DNA from: an uncultured virus (IMG/VR IMGVR_UViG_3300020050_005616)
Taxonomy: Duplodnaviria > Heunggongvirae > Uroviricota > Caudoviricetes
Direction: 5' to 3' (one strand)
Virus record (IMG/VR): IMGVR_UViG_3300020050_005616
DNA: 64,000 nt
Shown: one piece after another, positions 40,501 to 47,128 of the stretch
Numbering within the stretch: the stretch's first letter is position 1
Layout: each line of letters opens with the position of its first letter
The notes under the pieces: generated by a model
What the model was told of the DNA's origin: nothing
The model's input: only the letters and a program-made list of their open reading frames with translations
The model's database searches: none
Made by a program: the position numbers and the translations under genes

Positions 40501-41893
40501 TTGGGCTGTACAGAATAATAGAAAACTTAATAATTCTGTTAAGAAGATATTACTAGGTACAGCAACAGAGAAGAGTGCTGCTAGAGAAATTATTGAATTT
40601 AGAGACAAGGTGTTGAAAGATAAAAATAATCCTTTATTCAACAATTTAATTCTTAAATCAATTCAATTAGAAAGTGGATCTAAAATTGTATTAGATGAGT
40701 ATGAGTTAAGAGATGGTAATACATACAAAAGAGAAAACATAAGTGTTCCTTTATTAGTTAAACTTGGCTACTCTCCAAAAGAAAGTAGAAAGATGATGAA
40801 CATGATGATTCCTAAAGTGGATAATCTTTCTATCAAAGGAAGAGATGGTAAAGTGTATGACCAAAATCTTATCATATATGCATTCAATGAATTGAAAGAG
40901 AAGCTTGGAGATGAGAATAAAGACTTATATGGTAAGCTAGTTAGACTTGCTGTAATACAATCTGGTCTTACTAACTCTCCTATTGCCTTCACTAACCTTC
41001 TTCCTTATGAAGATTTTAGAGAATTCTATAATGAAACGTTGTCTAATCTAGAAAATATACCTAACTTAGCAGACTTTAGACAGTTAGATATAATGGAGAG
41101 AAGCAATTGGAACAACACCAATATAACAATGTTTAAAAAAGGACGCTTACAACAAAGTAAAAAGAATTCTAGTTCTTGGTATTATCCAGAGAGACAATTC
41201 TTAAGTAAGAAACTAGAAAGCAAAATGCTTAATGGTGAGCTTCCTCCAATGATTGTGTTCTCTATGTTTTCACCAGAAGGAAAAAGTGATTTCGTTGTAT
41301 ATAGTTCAGAAGGAAAGCTTACAAAAGCTCAAAGAATTAAAGCTAGAAGAACATCAGATACATCTCACGTTGAAAAAGGATTGTTTAAGAAAGTTTACAC
41401 AGTGAATGAAAATGGTAAGAGAGTTCCTTTGATTCAAGAATCTGAATATAAAGGTAAGTTCTATTTCAACTATGTATATAAAGCTGTGAACGCTTGGGGT
41501 GATTCATTTAAAGCACAAGAGTTCTATGGTAAAACATTCCCATTAGATCCTCTATCAACTGTATCAAGAGCTTCTGTATTAGATAATGGATTTATAAAAG
41601 TGCAGAAAACAATAAATGCTGAAGGTCAACAACTAAGTCCAGATGAGGTGGAAGATAGTGCAATTGAATTAGCTCTATTAGGAACAACACCAATTATTGC
41701 TACAATTCAACCAGTTGAAGAAGTTATTACTCCAGCAGCTGAGACTAGAGAAAGATCTACTGTTGAAAGAACATTGAAAGATGGTAATGCTTACAACATA
41801 GATGATATTAAATTAGGCATGCTAATTAAAATGGGATATACGCCAAGTGAAGTTGGTGAGATATTAAAAGAAATCAGAAAAGAAATTTGTTAA
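28571..41893 (+). CDS. Virion-packaged DNA-dependent RNA polymerase polyprotein (crAss-type double-psi beta-barrel)
   Basis: 4440 aa. FRIPTQ and KAGSDFDIDK (D-x-D-x-D at 39038) catalytic motif, ETDGGG and ID.YVD motifs; zincin-like segment and long coiled coils. Confidence 0.85.
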   Translation: MPDNQYGSPYVRGPITPNVGSITTTPLTTDFPGLRSGRALSQDDRINMMNGQINPNDVKPGKTYLSDVAGDLTGRYDTVVYGANNENAWGQQQSWLAKGTNGILKGTNLAATTVVGGFATVGGAVSAIFTGRLADIWDNPVMQGIDKWNNKVDQEYLPNYYTDTEKNADWYSRDNWMTANFLFDKVIKNSGFAVGAVISGNMASKALGLAGTAIGEAAASRALAMEASQSFKSFAPLLKNTARAFSVGKNAEAAAILEKEITSIADVAERTSKLAEIAKQTNQFAKINDVGKRIGIATYSQGGESAFEGLQTSNEFRNQLIEQHKRGNFGVAPNSEELKKIDQQTEKVGKTSFLANMALLTATEYVQLPKLMGSSYAAERQAANSLAGVADNVVLREGKYVVEEAAKTKFGKLYNRAKGVGKYVFDPKEMGQEIGQYAVQVGTQNYYNKAFQGKDANILVDGVLYGLFGEDDFGRGVGALNSKEGIEGGIIGGLTGGVMQAKGNYLMGKATKTNTSKFLEQLNNAPTYKEAFQYKLDAVNRGVALQEEQEDAIIQGDELEAKDINSDMMHNYLSPRIKYGRMDMVMDDIYDMRQTSMSPEGLTSLKQLGLANENDTAATFNARLTNFETTAKNTEQIYKSTNLRYSGELLKDKDGQPVLNAKGEQLRKYSDASIEQMIYAASKVANYDVRIPQVSALPAGEGIDVQSIVNEELTNPESTALADKLAELDTNPEVNTAEVKQNLIDSVELAMRRKEYLKNYNDIISNPEVYNEERKEFEGTTEGPKETITIKTKKGERNIEIGTEYFLGKVTGKSKEDKDVYRAPRLVVLGRNEDGTIKVQDSDGKIHDLKESTLEKYNLGKVETTLKNRKAKFYMEHWNTVYEFNFGTKTGGKQKGRIEYDPETNKMLFIYNNKKGERKEIEVTGDQFEPKKGFKEPMIKSVGELTAVQQKALTDFVAEKDPRIDAKREARLAVLNELFDTLAGRQERLDKTIEQKQQELTKAKDEYAALEKEIEEAQLDKRTKTVKFKAATTRALENAMRLSRMQEQLEREIEDLKTDSEEIEFTLNYITDMASNIDEYSTNFKDFMDELQDEIVDLEILQETTQKQITVLSKLSRDVQAALDSTIDYLSKLISSFESKYPNVPRLMGQDWVDFLKDNPNFLKIKANYRSDLQMIDDIVADMEDGEVAPNEERLKDLTDHLAIMQASMDEVQKEIEAKEIILNKFKQIADKYKQQQAEDKRLQNDQALRAEYLGTNSDTVQSFFGKESYEASAKKNDLDLVSSTVAVTKGKPGEQIREHHARANRFGFNMYKFENRSSIRGVVVTAKTQDSIIPGLTDLLTDGGRALGADGKPINPNTIVALVMVQDNEDGTMTLVDENGVPFNKEQLADPTKYGIFQVFPSAELEANYKDESGKSVRGSMFRKSTKDYIQTSLKEQYAKWRNDRLQEDALPEPQDISSSFGIPDYVTRPDEKGKEVRDYNARVAVEATGLLEEGALIQDPVLMVATTNESVSYGKVTFETPKGRVFLKVPGGLVKLKNRQFTEKEANTIFDVIHQITKNSSKDGTVKTKESQYLLNWLKSVVYWGIAKNTQTGERKDAGYNNIWFETTTEGNKSSTKLYMSGLQTEGFDFTPTGLENKKSEIIAILQGMYNNVNATKVNVDSFKKKYTEIVGIDENGQPIKKDWDNYQSYLLSSEGRINDDIPLVTQIRPLTDPAIPNKKGIYFTLDSTSDDYQIPAPPVVATAAPKPAVATTSEVAVVAPNAVAKVYNLEGETNDYKLGPYGNIPFKLDAQKFIDTKEEEGFSITFEAETMKALMSAKDIDETTARDVIYAAIVAKLRPQLDAFQTKSKIPAADAPQTTFVLDGVAENTIQIGSYGKIIFTLDGEKFNETGEGFNIQFPAFDSEVLRNVMAAKSITQAEAQQLIGNNIYAKVSTQLEALNIPSEPAIATPFTPTVEAAPEMTTEVTEEGEAVVEPVVQKPAGVNKFASRQRGQTPDDSSMRVALAKQAKKFQGEDWAKLEEGIKKMLPNVPLYRVKNIIQATNGKQAWGMLHQGAIYVYENAEVGTVYHEVFEAVWKMFADAKEKEAVLKEFASRPGTFVDRETGKTVAYKNATAHQIKEELAEEFRDAVLKDKLGEPIASKSLIGRLFSQLIDFIKSFFTGDSAQRNTKELFNKIGNGYYATYNPYVSQLAYATSGVIDIENATADTSSDLRVKNIPAVQLHEIIEEMTFITLKDLIDRKESLFDIVNPRQKELYEMLQVRILDVIGHQADLVEDNVASGATSIEDSIKQYNDIEALYNNVYDQWDNIIKEHKAKLKTFNIEFDENDELILGDEDASGKSDWQDARKIDSFRKSNGAIKLLLGTLPISHVVIVDGERVLKNTRSSIGGAILMPADEVFIKLKNKLYDSVDPDDMLSRLRDMAKGDPTYENLYKRLTKVGPAEDINFKALDQNGIQLLSAFWKAMKSQNADAISVFILPSGEVVVSDSTLTSSAKQAKRDMTNTMIDKIKSDSTYFSYDPKTGRYFATDKIRSMVLNGSKMESYTALLKELGIDFDIKALKKLNDNQLENFRDAVEGIQNEFIRLNEKGKAKTQEEVDADEANGKVARGIASLAPRALGIEGRLFQLGLTQALIENKGFESTYFNMNGERTQTYIGGNALSNMHNVLSKLDNITELSSNPAYSQYEYLRTDAFAKGCVMLQNMFNLHPTKGTGKRIFGTEDLMKSVYIDGTDNQRSGKKKESSKLTAKERIVQEINLNLDGYFLNLVPGDASIEWAVKMLNFIDSDSYADDAHLEIFKNYFLSEVELARDGRFIVEGKGNKSTDLRFFKAILGDKLNNEITKTGNQEYTALELYEGKPSVGFKGYKGEIDAAVNEFIKKDALDTETLLRDYGVVGYGAEGLEITDIVFDDNVELTEASLKDNLQVLSINYMIANIEMHKLLYSDPYQYSDELKRIKNFNSPRQALMAGSQDINSALDAIYNKGYNPGDAGYTDMTNEFFRSVTLGDVMSASDLKGYDPYEETDGGGYISLKANRIFGIRSGEWTKANEAQYRHDIAFEELVKSGATVKEIEKFDRNSPDIASTYTPRKPIVSGNKDNGRDYNDVVMHKFALLPLSFRLLYKINPESNAIKLYNKMQRENIDYTVYASGSKVGTEKVSPLYNDKGEFDETPFEDASAEANIYEKQAVSNIPFAIMGVQAEVPSKEAAYVTQGSQITKLATMDFMEAGVPIDFDSSTKDFNTRFVKWIKLSDDQKSEQSELYKEIKHNQEMLQAKIEYGYKSLLKKLGLKQTSKGFEISNIKKLTDTLRDEILKREVNYNITDALDGFEKGDTVLEATPAYQQIRNILYSIADKNVVSPKISGGMKVQIPGTLLESKRPGKQIVKGKNVYSSDLLRFYTRNENGKTINVCQIMIARWFKSDMSDEELMDYFNNTEEGRKEFAAITGVAFRIPTQKQNSIDVFEIGKFLPEGYKDSVVIPSELVKKAGSDFDIDKLSIYLKNLYTSNDGKPKQVPYLGTGQEAIDKFGELYNNGEFNEYLKSKKDALPQGSAEDRLFESMFPEEYSLQREDVINDLYRQSLENEYISSLQNLISNDLNFDNLIKPNSADDLKKLSKDINEKLGKTEIDYGAVGNMLSRGFMTSLRHAFVTGKYAIGIAAVNQTNHAQNQRSPIFIDPTKLKTVIDPIDEKWLGNGQINFQEYNSMMVDGVKRATLSMIKSADKKTFISDTIGQFIDGYVDISKGPWIMEMGASPNVASTWMLLVKLGVPINTVGYFMNQPVVREYLKTIQNNGYSWLFIDKFVDNVKYDYIGGEDVEVTSIPSEKELFEMVGKSAEDMSPTELAQQQFILDEFLKYAMMANHLFQVTQGSNFDTATINDPYLVTKKRVQLEKARNTIFSSVNKEGDIIAAVDSILDNSFIGPLAEVIYGVRNAFAEILISDKKNIRKVMESVLIPYADLNDRDFIKVSQKAVNDLFDWAVQNNRKLNNSVKKILLGTATEKSAAREIIEFRDKVLKDKNNPLFNNLILKSIQLESGSKIVLDEYELRDGNTYKRENISVPLLVKLGYSPKESRKMMNMMIPKVDNLSIKGRDGKVYDQNLIIYAFNELKEKLGDENKDLYGKLVRLAVIQSGLTNSPIAFTNLLPYEDFREFYNETLSNLENIPNLADFRQLDIMERSNWNNTNITMFKKGRLQQSKKNSSSWYYPERQFLSKKLESKMLNGELPPMIVFSMFSPEGKSDFVVYSSEGKLTKAQRIKARRTSDTSHVEKGLFKKVYTVNENGKRVPLIQESEYKGKFYFNYVYKAVNAWGDSFKAQEFYGKTFPLDPLSTVSRASVLDNGFIKVQKTINAEGQQLSPDEVEDSAIELALLGTTPIIATIQPVEEVITPAAETRERSTVERTLKDGNAYNIDDIKLGMLIKMGYTPSEVGEILKEIRKEIC

Positions 41894-41894
41894 T

Positions 41895-44800
41895 ATGATA
41901 AGTTGTATAAATACTAGTTCAAAAGAATGGCAGTCATTAGTGAATGCTAGAGGTGAAAACATGGCTCATTACTTATGGGATTTTTATGAGGGTGAAGTTC
42001 CTGAATCAGCATATGTTGAAACAGAAAGACCTGCCTCTAAAGCTTCTGATGAGACAGTAGCTGTGATTAAGAAAGCAGCTAAACAAATGGATATTGACAT
42101 TGTACCTCTAGATGATTATACAAAAGGTAATCCTGATATACAGACTAAAGGAATTAATGGACTAGCTGATCTTATTAAAGGAACAGTAGCTGTTGCCCAA
42201 GGTATGGAAAACTATGCTTTAACAGAAGAGATTGTCCATGTGGCAACAGCTATTCTTGAGCAAACAAATCCAAAGCTTGTCACTTCAATGATTTCTAAGA
42301 TAGATAGATTTAAAATCTATGATGATACACTCAAAGCATATAAAGGAAAGAAAGCATATCAGTTATCTGATGGTAAACCAGACATTAGGAAGATAAAGAA
42401 GGAAGCTGTAGATAAACTTATAGCTGAGCTTATTATCAATCAATCTGAGGGCTCTACAGAGTTCCCTGAGTTAATGTCTGAGAACAATCGTTCAATGGTT
42501 CAGAATTGGTGGAACACTATTCTTGATTTCATTAAAGGAGTGTATGCAAAAACAAACATAGATATATTTGAACAGGCTGCGGGTAAAGTTGCTTCTGGTA
42601 ACGTTGGTGGTTTTGTTTCTGATATTGTTGGTGGTGGTGTATATTACCAAGTGAAGAACACTGCTGTAGATAAAATCTTTGATATTGTTTCAGACTTTAA
42701 TAATAGATTAGAGAGAAATAATGCTGTATATGATGCTAATGGAAAAGAGATAGTTAAAAGACATTACACACTTGATGGTCTAGATGAACAGATTCCTTCT
42801 GTTACAGCTGAACTTAAGAAGGGTACAACAATGCCTGACAGAACTCCTCTTCAGAAATTCTTAGATGATCAAAAGAAAGATTGGGGTACAGAAATACATG
42901 ATTACATATACAATTTTATAACTAATAATCTTATTGATAAAGATGGATATAAAAGAGATGACGCATTAACTAATGCTGTATCAACTAAACTTGATCCTAA
43001 AGTTCAAAAAAGACTACAAGATTTTTCAACAGAATTAATTAACTCTTATAAACCTGGTACACGTTTCATATTAGAAGCAATGGTAGTTAATCAAAAGGTG
43101 AAGGGTAAACTTGCATCTGCTATTGACTTTATGGCTATTGAACCTTTTGAAAAAGAAGATGGTACACAAGATGTAAAAGTTGATATACTTGACTGGAAGA
43201 CTACCTCTATCAATAAAAGTAGAGATGAGGATATCAATTGGGCTAAACAAAAAGATTGGAAAGCCCAGATGGGAGAGTATGCAAAGATTCTATATAACTA
43301 TGGATTAACTCCTGCTCAATTAAGAAAAGCTAGAATGATTCCTTTTGTGATGAACTACAACTATCTTGTTGAAGGAAGTCCTGAAAGTGGATTCTCTGCT
43401 CCTACATCTATGGAGATAGGTAAACTTAATTCATTAGAGGAAACAAACTTATATTTACTTCCAGTTCCTATTAATTCTGAGTCTACAGGTAATCCAAAAA
43501 TTGATTCTCTTATTAAATCATTAAGGGAGCAATGGGAAAAATTATATAAGAAACCAGTATCATCTGAAGATAGATATGGTAAAATACTAGAGATCAATAA
43601 GTTAAGTGCAGCTATTCGTAACTTGCATGTTAAATTGAACTTTGAACCTCTTGTTAATGTAGGTAAGTCATTCTTGAAAAATGCAAGAACTGCCTTAGAT
43701 GATTTTGCTAATATAGATTATGATCTAATAAGTAAAGAAGAATTAGACAAACGACTTGGAGATTTAATTGAATATGGGACAAGTGCTTCAAAGTTTACAA
43801 CAATGGATCAGGTATTTCTTTCTGAATATAAAAGAGAAGGAATGTCTAAAGAGAATGTTGAAGTGTTGAAAGAACTAGAACACATTTCTTCCATGGCATC
43901 TAGAATGTTGAATGAGATTTCTACATTGCAACAACAGTATGCAGTTCAATTAGGTCTTAAAGAAGGAGTTACAACAGATGAGACTAAGACAACAATATTA
44001 AATGCTGAGAAAGAAATTGATGGTATGTCTAAGACATTCTTAGAAGGATCAAAACTTTCTGCTAAAATTATAAAGCTTGCTTCTAATTTATTAATAAATG
44101 CAAAAAGTCTTGTTAATATAACACTTGCTAGAAAATTAAAAGAATATGAAAAGATACTTATTCCATTAGAGAAAGAAGCTTCAGCTAGAGGAGTTAAAGC
44201 ATTTGATTTAATTGGAACAATGTCTGAAACAGGATTAAATCTTATTAAAAAAATTGCTCCTGAGTTCTGGAAAGAAGTAGTAGATGCTAGAGAGAATAAA
44301 GATAAAGCTTTCTTTTTAAAGAACATGGATGTTCAAGAATATGATAAACTATCTAAAGCTGCTATTACAAAAGGAATAGAAGAATTAAATAAAACTACAT
44401 TTGCATCTGACCCAGAAGAAGATCAATTTCAACGTTCATACAAGATAACTAAGTTAAAAGATTCTTTAGATATTCATAGTGAAAACTTTGATGGATATGA
44501 TGATTATAGATTTAGACAATTGTTCAAAGAGACAATGATTGAAGAAGGACATTTGTCTAAAGAGTATGAACAAATGAGTAAAACTAAAGCTGCTCTTGAT
44601 GTGTGGAATTTCTTTACTAATTTGAATACTAAAGCTAAACAAATGGGATACCTTGATAAACAAGGAAGTTCATTTTTTCCATTAATAGAAGCTACCATTC
44701 TTCAGAAGTTTGCACAGACAGATGATATATCTGCTCAAGCAAAAGAATCTTTATGGACAGATTTCTATCAAACTAGAATAAATGAAGAACAAAATGTTTC

Positions 44801-46652
44801 TAAAATAGATCCTGAGACAGGTAAAGTAAAAAAGGTTATTCCTAAATACTTTACTAGAACAGATAAGGCTGTAAACCAATTGTCTACAGATCTTAATAAG
44901 ATTGGAGCACTGTGGGTTCAATCCTTATTAGAATATGAAAGTTCTAAGAACTTAGAGAACACACTTCTTACATTACATTCTGTTGAGAAAGCTAAAGGAA
45001 GTCTTGTAGTTGAGAATGGTGTAGTTCAATTTACAGATGGAGAACTTAGTGTAAATGAAGCAGAGAATAAAAATGCAGTTGTGTTACAAACTATAATTGA
45101 TGATGGACTATATAAACTAGGACAAGATCTTGGATCTATAGGAAACATTGGTGTAACTGCTCTTGGAGAAAAACTTGGTAAAGATGAAGAAGACAAACAA
45201 GCTAAAGCAATCAATGCTAAGAAACTATTAAGTAATGCTGACACATTAACTAGAGCTATTGCTGTAGGTCTTAAGCCTCTTATTTCTATTGCCAACTTTA
45301 TGGGATATAATTTCCAATCTTTTGTTAATTCAGGGCAAGTATATTCATTCTCAGAATTTCAAAAGAACAATCTTAAAATTGTTACAGGAAATAATTTCAA
45401 TACAATACAAAGAGGACTTCTAGATTTATTTGTTCCATTGAATGAAGACATTGCTACAGAAGAAAGAAGAAAGATGGCTAAAGAACAAGGACTGATTAAA
45501 TATTTATCCACTTGGTCATTTACTGATGTGATGATGTCTACTAACTCTTTCCCTGAAAGAAAGTTACAATTCTCTAATGCATTGAGTATAATTGATAACT
45601 CAATGGTTGTAGATGGAAAGATTGTTAACATTAGACAATATTTAAAACAACAAGACAGAATTGCTAGAAAAGGAATGTCTGAGGGTGATAGAAAAGCTTT
45701 AGAGAAATCATTTGATGATAGAGTTAAAGAACTAAAAGAAACTTCTTCATTAGAAAAGATAGCAAAGATTGAGAATAATGAAATAATTATTCCTGGAGTG
45801 AGTGATACAGAACTTGCAAAGTTTCGTACATCTATTATTGAATATGGTAGAAAGCTTAATGGTCAGATGAATGAAGACAATAAAGCTGGTTACAGAAGAG
45901 ATGCTATATTTAGTTCATTCATGATGTTTAAAAACTGGATACCTAAATTAGTTTCTGAACATATATTAGGGATTAATAAAAACATTGAACTTAATCAATG
46001 GGAGTATGGTAGAACTAGAGCGTTTCTTAAAACTTGGCAAAGTGTAGGTTTTAAAAACATATCAAAAATGAGAGCTATTATAAGTGGTACTGATGAAGGA
46101 CTACAACTCATTAATGAAATGCTTGAAGCTAAGAGATTAGAATATTTCAGAAAGACTGGTCAAGAGTTAGAGATTACAGAAGAAGAATTCCAAGATCTTA
46201 TAAGAGAACAATTAGCTAATCAGATGAAAGAATTATATCTATTACTTGGTGTTATGTCTTTAATTCTTATGGCAAAAGCTTCTGTACCACCAGAGGATGC
46301 TACAGATGAAGAAAAAAATAGATATAAATGGTATGCTAAACTTATTAATAAAGTTGCTGATGAGATTACATTCTATTACAATCCTCTATCGTTTGAGAGT
46401 ATGACTAAAGGATCTGTACTTCCATCTTTGAACTTATTAACAAAAGCTTCAGATGTATTATATTATTCTGCTAGAGAGCTATATGGAGAAGCTACAGATG
46501 ACCAAGAAATGGTTGATAAATCTCATCCAACTAAATATTTCTTTAATATGATTCCTGTAGCTTCACAGATCCAAAGTGAAATCCTACCTTATCTATATCC
46601 AGAATTGGCTAAAGAACAAGGAATAAAAGTTACTACAGAATCAAGAAGATAA
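41895..46652 (+). CDS. Giant virion cargo protein with degenerate zincin and PD-(D/E)xK nuclease-like domains
   Basis: TEEIVH near 42225; E...IDF...ILDWKT...Q...Y near 43070-43280. Confidence 0.6.
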   Translation: MISCINTSSKEWQSLVNARGENMAHYLWDFYEGEVPESAYVETERPASKASDETVAVIKKAAKQMDIDIVPLDDYTKGNPDIQTKGINGLADLIKGTVAVAQGMENYALTEEIVHVATAILEQTNPKLVTSMISKIDRFKIYDDTLKAYKGKKAYQLSDGKPDIRKIKKEAVDKLIAELIINQSEGSTEFPELMSENNRSMVQNWWNTILDFIKGVYAKTNIDIFEQAAGKVASGNVGGFVSDIVGGGVYYQVKNTAVDKIFDIVSDFNNRLERNNAVYDANGKEIVKRHYTLDGLDEQIPSVTAELKKGTTMPDRTPLQKFLDDQKKDWGTEIHDYIYNFITNNLIDKDGYKRDDALTNAVSTKLDPKVQKRLQDFSTELINSYKPGTRFILEAMVVNQKVKGKLASAIDFMAIEPFEKEDGTQDVKVDILDWKTTSINKSRDEDINWAKQKDWKAQMGEYAKILYNYGLTPAQLRKARMIPFVMNYNYLVEGSPESGFSAPTSMEIGKLNSLEETNLYLLPVPINSESTGNPKIDSLIKSLREQWEKLYKKPVSSEDRYGKILEINKLSAAIRNLHVKLNFEPLVNVGKSFLKNARTALDDFANIDYDLISKEELDKRLGDLIEYGTSASKFTTMDQVFLSEYKREGMSKENVEVLKELEHISSMASRMLNEISTLQQQYAVQLGLKEGVTTDETKTTILNAEKEIDGMSKTFLEGSKLSAKIIKLASNLLINAKSLVNITLARKLKEYEKILIPLEKEASARGVKAFDLIGTMSETGLNLIKKIAPEFWKEVVDARENKDKAFFLKNMDVQEYDKLSKAAITKGIEELNKTTFASDPEEDQFQRSYKITKLKDSLDIHSENFDGYDDYRFRQLFKETMIEEGHLSKEYEQMSKTKAALDVWNFFTNLNTKAKQMGYLDKQGSSFFPLIEATILQKFAQTDDISAQAKESLWTDFYQTRINEEQNVSKIDPETGKVKKVIPKYFTRTDKAVNQLSTDLNKIGALWVQSLLEYESSKNLENTLLTLHSVEKAKGSLVVENGVVQFTDGELSVNEAENKNAVVLQTIIDDGLYKLGQDLGSIGNIGVTALGEKLGKDEEDKQAKAINAKKLLSNADTLTRAIAVGLKPLISIANFMGYNFQSFVNSGQVYSFSEFQKNNLKIVTGNNFNTIQRGLLDLFVPLNEDIATEERRKMAKEQGLIKYLSTWSFTDVMMSTNSFPERKLQFSNALSIIDNSMVVDGKIVNIRQYLKQQDRIARKGMSEGDRKALEKSFDDRVKELKETSSLEKIAKIENNEIIIPGVSDTELAKFRTSIIEYGRKLNGQMNEDNKAGYRRDAIFSSFMMFKNWIPKLVSEHILGINKNIELNQWEYGRTRAFLKTWQSVGFKNISKMRAIISGTDEGLQLINEMLEAKRLEYFRKTGQELEITEEEFQDLIREQLANQMKELYLLLGVMSLILMAKASVPPEDATDEEKNRYKWYAKLINKVADEITFYYNPLSFESMTKGSVLPSLNLLTKASDVLYYSARELYGEATDDQEMVDKSHPTKYFFNMIPVASQIQSEILPYLYPELAKEQGIKVTTESRR

Positions 46653-46658
46653 TCTAAC

Positions 46659-46721
46659 GCTATATTATACCAGTTATTTACCATACATCCTTTTATAATA
46701 CATAATTAATAATTAACTTTG
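46659..46721 (+). promoter_or_regulatory. Promoter (-7 TAACTTTG) with upstream GCTATATTAT box
   Basis: TAACTTTG at 46714 and GCTATATTAT at 46659. Confidence 0.5.
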
Positions 46722-46726
46722 CTCAT

Positions 46727-47116
46727 ATGAGAACAGCTGCAATTTGCCCAACATGTGCTGTGTATGAAAATGCTTTATGCATTATATACAATGGCCCCTA
46801 TCTTACTAATATAAAAGTTAATCCTTTAGAGGATTTACAATCTGTATTGGCTAAGATAAATACTAATTTAGTACCATTATCTGGTACCACTGCTCCTAGT
46901 AGCTCTGCTACATATCTAGGACAAACTTATTTGAATACAACAAAATCTATATTATATTTTGCTAAGTCCGTAGGAACTGGAGCAACAGATTGGAATATTG
47001 TATTAACATCTCCTACACCAACTCCTCAATATGCTAACAATTCAGCTGCTTTATTTGCTGGCTTAGTTGCTGGTCAAATATATCGTACAGGAGATCTTCT
47101 TAAAATCGTTCACTAA
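46727..47116 (+). CDS. Short fibre/decoration protein with Cys-rich anchor
   Basis: C..YNGP.L...L..VL.KIN module; C-terminal AGL..GQIYR.G..LKIV motif. Confidence 0.6.
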   Translation: MRTAAICPTCAVYENALCIIYNGPYLTNIKVNPLEDLQSVLAKINTNLVPLSGTTAPSSSATYLGQTYLNTTKSILYFAKSVGTGATDWNIVLTSPTPTPQYANNSAALFAGLVAGQIYRTGDLLKIVH

Positions 47117-47128
47117 TAATCTAATCAA

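Noticed and set aside
28571..46652. Introns or inteins in the vRNAP/cargo genes
   Set aside because: Frames are continuous, and I saw no LAGLIDADG/HNH motifs or intein splice-junction motifs. A divergent intein cannot be excluded without an HMM search.
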